NCBI GenBank assembly: GCA_028534125.1
Contig: CM052837.1
Location: forward strand, 36,394,001 to 36,458,000
DNA length: 64,000 bases
From: Lama glama
Taxonomy: Eukaryota
Reading direction: 5' to 3'
Shown: positions 61,632-64,000 of the stretch, one piece after another
Numbering within the stretch: the first letter of the stretch is position 1
Layout of the letters: the number at the start of each line of letters is the position of its first letter
Made by a program: the position numbers and the translations under genes
The notes under the pieces: generated by a model
What the model was told of the DNA's origin: nothing
What the model saw: only the letters and a program-made list of their open reading frames with translations
Databases searched by the model: none

Positions 61632-61835
61632 CTGCGGGGCACAGCCTCCTTGTGGCCGGGCCGGGAGGGGCCCTCTCGCCAGCCACCGGCCAGGGGCGCT
61701 TTGCCACGTGGCTGTGGCTCCTGAGCGCCCCTGCCTGGGGGTCTGCAGCTGCCCCCTGCCCAGTCCCTCCCAGGCTCAACTGCAGTGGGGGGCGGGGGTC
61801 AGGGGTGTCCTGACATGGTGGGGTGCCCAGCTCAC

Positions 61836-61929
61836 CGGCCAGTCGGTGCCACTGCCCATCACAGAGCGCCTCGGGGTGCGTCACCAGCGTGGAGAACTCG
61901 CCTGCACCGTCGTCTGCCCGCAGCAGGAC
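61836..61929 (-). CDS. LAMA5: LAMA5 exon (last-2), LG5
   Basis: ctcag|GTC...GCCG|gtgagc; [31 protein letters not shown]. Confidence 0.96.
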
Positions 61930-62007
61930 CTGAGGGCAGGAGGAGGTCAGGAGGGCTCTGCCAACCTGAATCCCATCCTGAGACTCGTCCACACCTGGTC
62001 TAATTAC

Positions 62008-62141
62008 CTGCTTCTCCAACACCTGCAACTGCAGGTAGGGGGGCGCCTGGACCCGGCCCAAGTGGAAGATGAGGCCGGTGGCTGTCTGGGGCCGCACCTC
62101 CAGCTGCAGGCCCACGTCAGGCAGCGTGGCCCCCAGGCTGT
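62008..62141 (-). CDS. LAMA5: LAMA5 exon (last-3), LG5
   Basis: cacag|ACAGC...AAGCAG|gtaatt; [28 protein letters not shown]... Confidence 0.95.
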
Positions 62142-62268
62142 CTGTGGGGAGGGGCCGTGAGAGGAGGAAGGCCTCAGCCCCAGGCCCCTCCCCTTCTGGG
62201 CATCGCTCCCACCCCCGCCTCCCCAGACCAGGAACAAGCAGGTCTGGGGACACCAGTGCTGGACAGAC

Positions 62269-62431
62269 CTAGAGTGACGCTTCCCCCGCTGCCAGCAAAG
62301 AACAGGCCCTTCTCCAGAGGACCTGAGAAGCAGGGTGTGACCCCCACCATCCGCGTGGGGGCCCCCAGGAGCTGCCCGTCCAACCTCAGTCTCTTCACAC
62401 AACCACTGAACCCGGAGCTGCTGAAGGCCAC
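62269..62431 (-). CDS. LAMA5: LAMA5 exon (last-4), LG4/LG5 junction
   Basis: cgcag|GTGGCC...CTAG|gtctgt; [19 protein letters not shown]...[13 protein letters not shown]. Confidence 0.94.
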
Positions 62432-62534
62432 CTGCGGGGCACAGAGGGGTGGGCCAGGTCACGTCCCTGGGGAGCCGAGGAGGGCGGACAGCGTCCAGTT
62501 GGGCCGGGGAGAGGCTGCGGGCGGTGGTTCTCAC

Positions 62535-62699
62535 TGGGAGCTTGGGGCTGAAGCCGCTGGCAGGGAGGCCCCCCACAAAGAGAGTATGGGGCCGGGGGCC
62601 CTCCTCCCCCTGGTGCTGCTGGCCTGGCTCCTCCTGACTCCGGGCCCAGACCCCGTCCGTCACCAGCTGGATCCGAGTCTTCTCCCAGCGCACAGACAC
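62535..62699 (-). CDS. LAMA5: LAMA5 exon (last-5), LG4
   Basis: cccag|GTGTCT...CTCCCA|gtgaga; [16 protein letters not shown]...[18 protein letters not shown]. Confidence 0.95.
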
Positions 62700-62775
62700 C
62701 TGGGGGTGGGGAGAGGCATGTCAGGGTGGGAGCTCCGGCGCCCTGCCCGTTGCCCAGCGCTCCTCGGCCCCTCAC

Positions 62776-62968
62776 CCTATGCCACCGGCCAGCCCGTGAA
62801 CGCTGGCGGCTCTGGACGTGCAGCTGGGGCCCTGGGCCATCTGTCCGAGCGACGAAGCGTCCATGGCTCAGGAAGAGGACCAGGGAGGGGCTGCGGGCAG
62901 TCAGTGGGGTGGCGAGGAGCAGGAGCCCTTGGGGGGCGAGTGGGCGGACAAGCATCGAGACCTGGGAC
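62776..62968 (-). CDS. LAMA5: LAMA5 exon (last-6), LG4
   Basis: ttccag|GTCCC...CATAGG|gtgagg; SQVSMLVRPLAPQGLLLL...RSRAGRWHR. Confidence 0.94.
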
Positions 62969-63046
62969 CTGGAAGCCAAGCAGGGCTGTCAGCCTGGGAC
63001 GGCCCGTCCGCACCCACCCCACCCGCCCTGCCCTGCCCGGCCCTAC

Positions 63047-63192
63047 CAGTCCCCAGGGGGCGCTGGGATGTGTGCAAACTCCAGGTGACTGGACAGGTGG
63101 CCCCCAAACTGGTAGGCGTCTCGAATGGTCCTGAGGGGGCGGGTTGGCGAGCAGGCAGGGTCCTGGGCGGGCTGCCGGCTGCGGCGGGAGGC
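63047..63192 (-). CDS. LAMA5: LAMA5 exon (last-7), LG3-LG4 linker and start of LG4
   Basis: cccag|GCCTCC...GACTG|gtaggg; [14 protein letters not shown]...[13 protein letters not shown]. Confidence 0.94.
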
Positions 63193-63276
63193 CTGGGGGT
63201 TGGATGGAGACGCAGGGGTGCGTGGAGGCCACCTTCCACCCGCCCCAGCTCTGGCGCACACCACCCCGCACCCCAC

Positions 63277-63415
63277 CTTCCGAGCCGCGGTGGCCCGCAG
63301 TCCTCTCGGGCCCTGCTCCAGGGCCTGGGGTGGGGCGGCCGGGGAACAGCCTGAGCTCACGTTGAGACCGCCCAGGTTCTGCTGCAGGTCAAACACGCGC
63401 TGCGGCCCCTTGAGC
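63277..63415 (-). CDS. LAMA5: LAMA5 exon (last-8), end of LG3
   Basis: cgcag|GCTC...CGGAAG|gtgggg; [23 protein letters not shown]...ATAARK. Confidence 0.95.
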
Positions 63416-63494
63416 CTGCGGAGGGCAGGGGTCAGTGGCCGGCAGCAGGCAGCGGGGTGGCCACCAGCCCTGCCTCGATGCCTGCCCCGCTCAC

Positions 63495-63665
63495 CGCAGC
63501 AGGAACACGTTGCTGATGCAGCCACTGAAGTTCCGGATGGTGTCGGCCTCAGGCCAGCCTCCCAGGAGGAGGCGAGGGGCCCCCGTGGGCTGGGGTGGGG
63601 GTGGGGGCCGCAGCCCCCGGTGGGGCTTCATCTGTTGAAGCTGGTCGTCCACGTAGAGCCAGACC
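63495..63665 (-). CDS. LAMA5: LAMA5 exon (last-9), LG3
   Basis: cccag|GGTC...CTGCG|gtgagc; [17 protein letters not shown]...[12 protein letters not shown]. Confidence 0.95.
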
Positions 63666-63785
63666 CTGGGGGGGAGCAGTGTTTCCCCCGTCCTGCCCTC
63701 AAACCTGCAAGCTGTCCCCAAGGCCCCCAGCTCTGCTGCCCCCTCCCTGGAGACAGCACTGAAAGGCCAAGCAGGCTGGACTCAC

Positions 63786-63916
63786 CCTGAGGCATTGCTG
63801 TAGAACGTGACATAATGGGGAGACCCGTCGGCGAAGCCCCCTCGCGTTTTCACCTCGGTCCTCAGAAGCCGGAGTGTCATGTGGCCCTGCTGCAGGGACA
63901 CCTCGCACGACCCATC
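63786..63916 (-). CDS. LAMA5: LAMA5 exon (last-10), LG3; the gene continues beyond the window
   Basis: cccag|GATGGG...TCAGG|gtgagt; [43 protein letters not shown] (translated by hand; not in the ORF track). Confidence 0.93.
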
Positions 63917-64000
63917 CTGGGGACAGCGGCCAGGTCAGCAGGCTGGGGGGCCCAGACTCTGTCCTCCACCGCCCGAGACCCACCCTGCTGCTGCGGCCAG

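Noticed and set aside
62157-63790. Long plus-strand ORFs antisense to LAMA5
   Set aside because: They are shadow ORFs of GC-rich coding exons on the opposite strand.
1-64000. A novel multi-gene system, CRISPR array, rRNA gene or true tRNA gene
   Set aside because: All convincing coding signal belongs to OSBPL2, ADRM1, LAMA5 or decayed L1 ORF2. The only tandem array lacks unique spacers, and the tRNA-like sequence has a poly-A tail and degenerate boxes.

Overview
GC-rich mammalian genomic DNA with the gene order OSBPL2 > ADRM1 > < LAMA5, syntenic to distal human 20q13.33. HRH3 would be expected beyond the left edge, and no HRH3 coding sequence is in the window. (1) OSBPL2/ORP2 is complete on +: a CpG-island promoter at about 10.4-11.3 kb, non-coding exon 1, and 13 coding exons at 25633-46767 that splice to a 1443-nt ORF (480 aa) with the FFAT motif EFFDAVT and the OSBP signature EQVSHHPP. 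(2) ADRM1/RPN13 is complete on +: a CpG island at about 54-55.7 kb and 9 coding exons at 55768-60435 (1224 nt, 407 aa). (3) The last 11 exons of LAMA5 lie on - (LG3-LG5 domains, stop at 61157), converging tail-to-tail with ADRM1 about 200 bp apart. The rest is old repeats (L1M, MIR/L2, MaLR-type LTR, Charlie), a minisatellite in the last OSBPL2 intron, and a 156-nt assembly gap. One tRNA-derived SINE resembling camelid vic-1, with no recognisable Alu, B1/B2, Bov, PRE1 or Can-SINE, suggests a camelid host (inference). I found no new multi-gene system, and nearly all of the six-frame ORFs are GC-content artefacts. The observations most worth a second look are regulatory or splicing-level: paired RFX X-boxes upstream of OSBPL2, a perfect DR5 element, a duplicated exon-2 acceptor plus a uORF and a 5'UTR G-quadruplex, competing in-frame splice sites in OSBPL2 exon 10 and ADRM1 exon 7, an ARE in the ADRM1 promoter, and strong AT-to-GC drift in the repeats. 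Comparisons to human sequence and to repeat consensi are from memory and need alignment.
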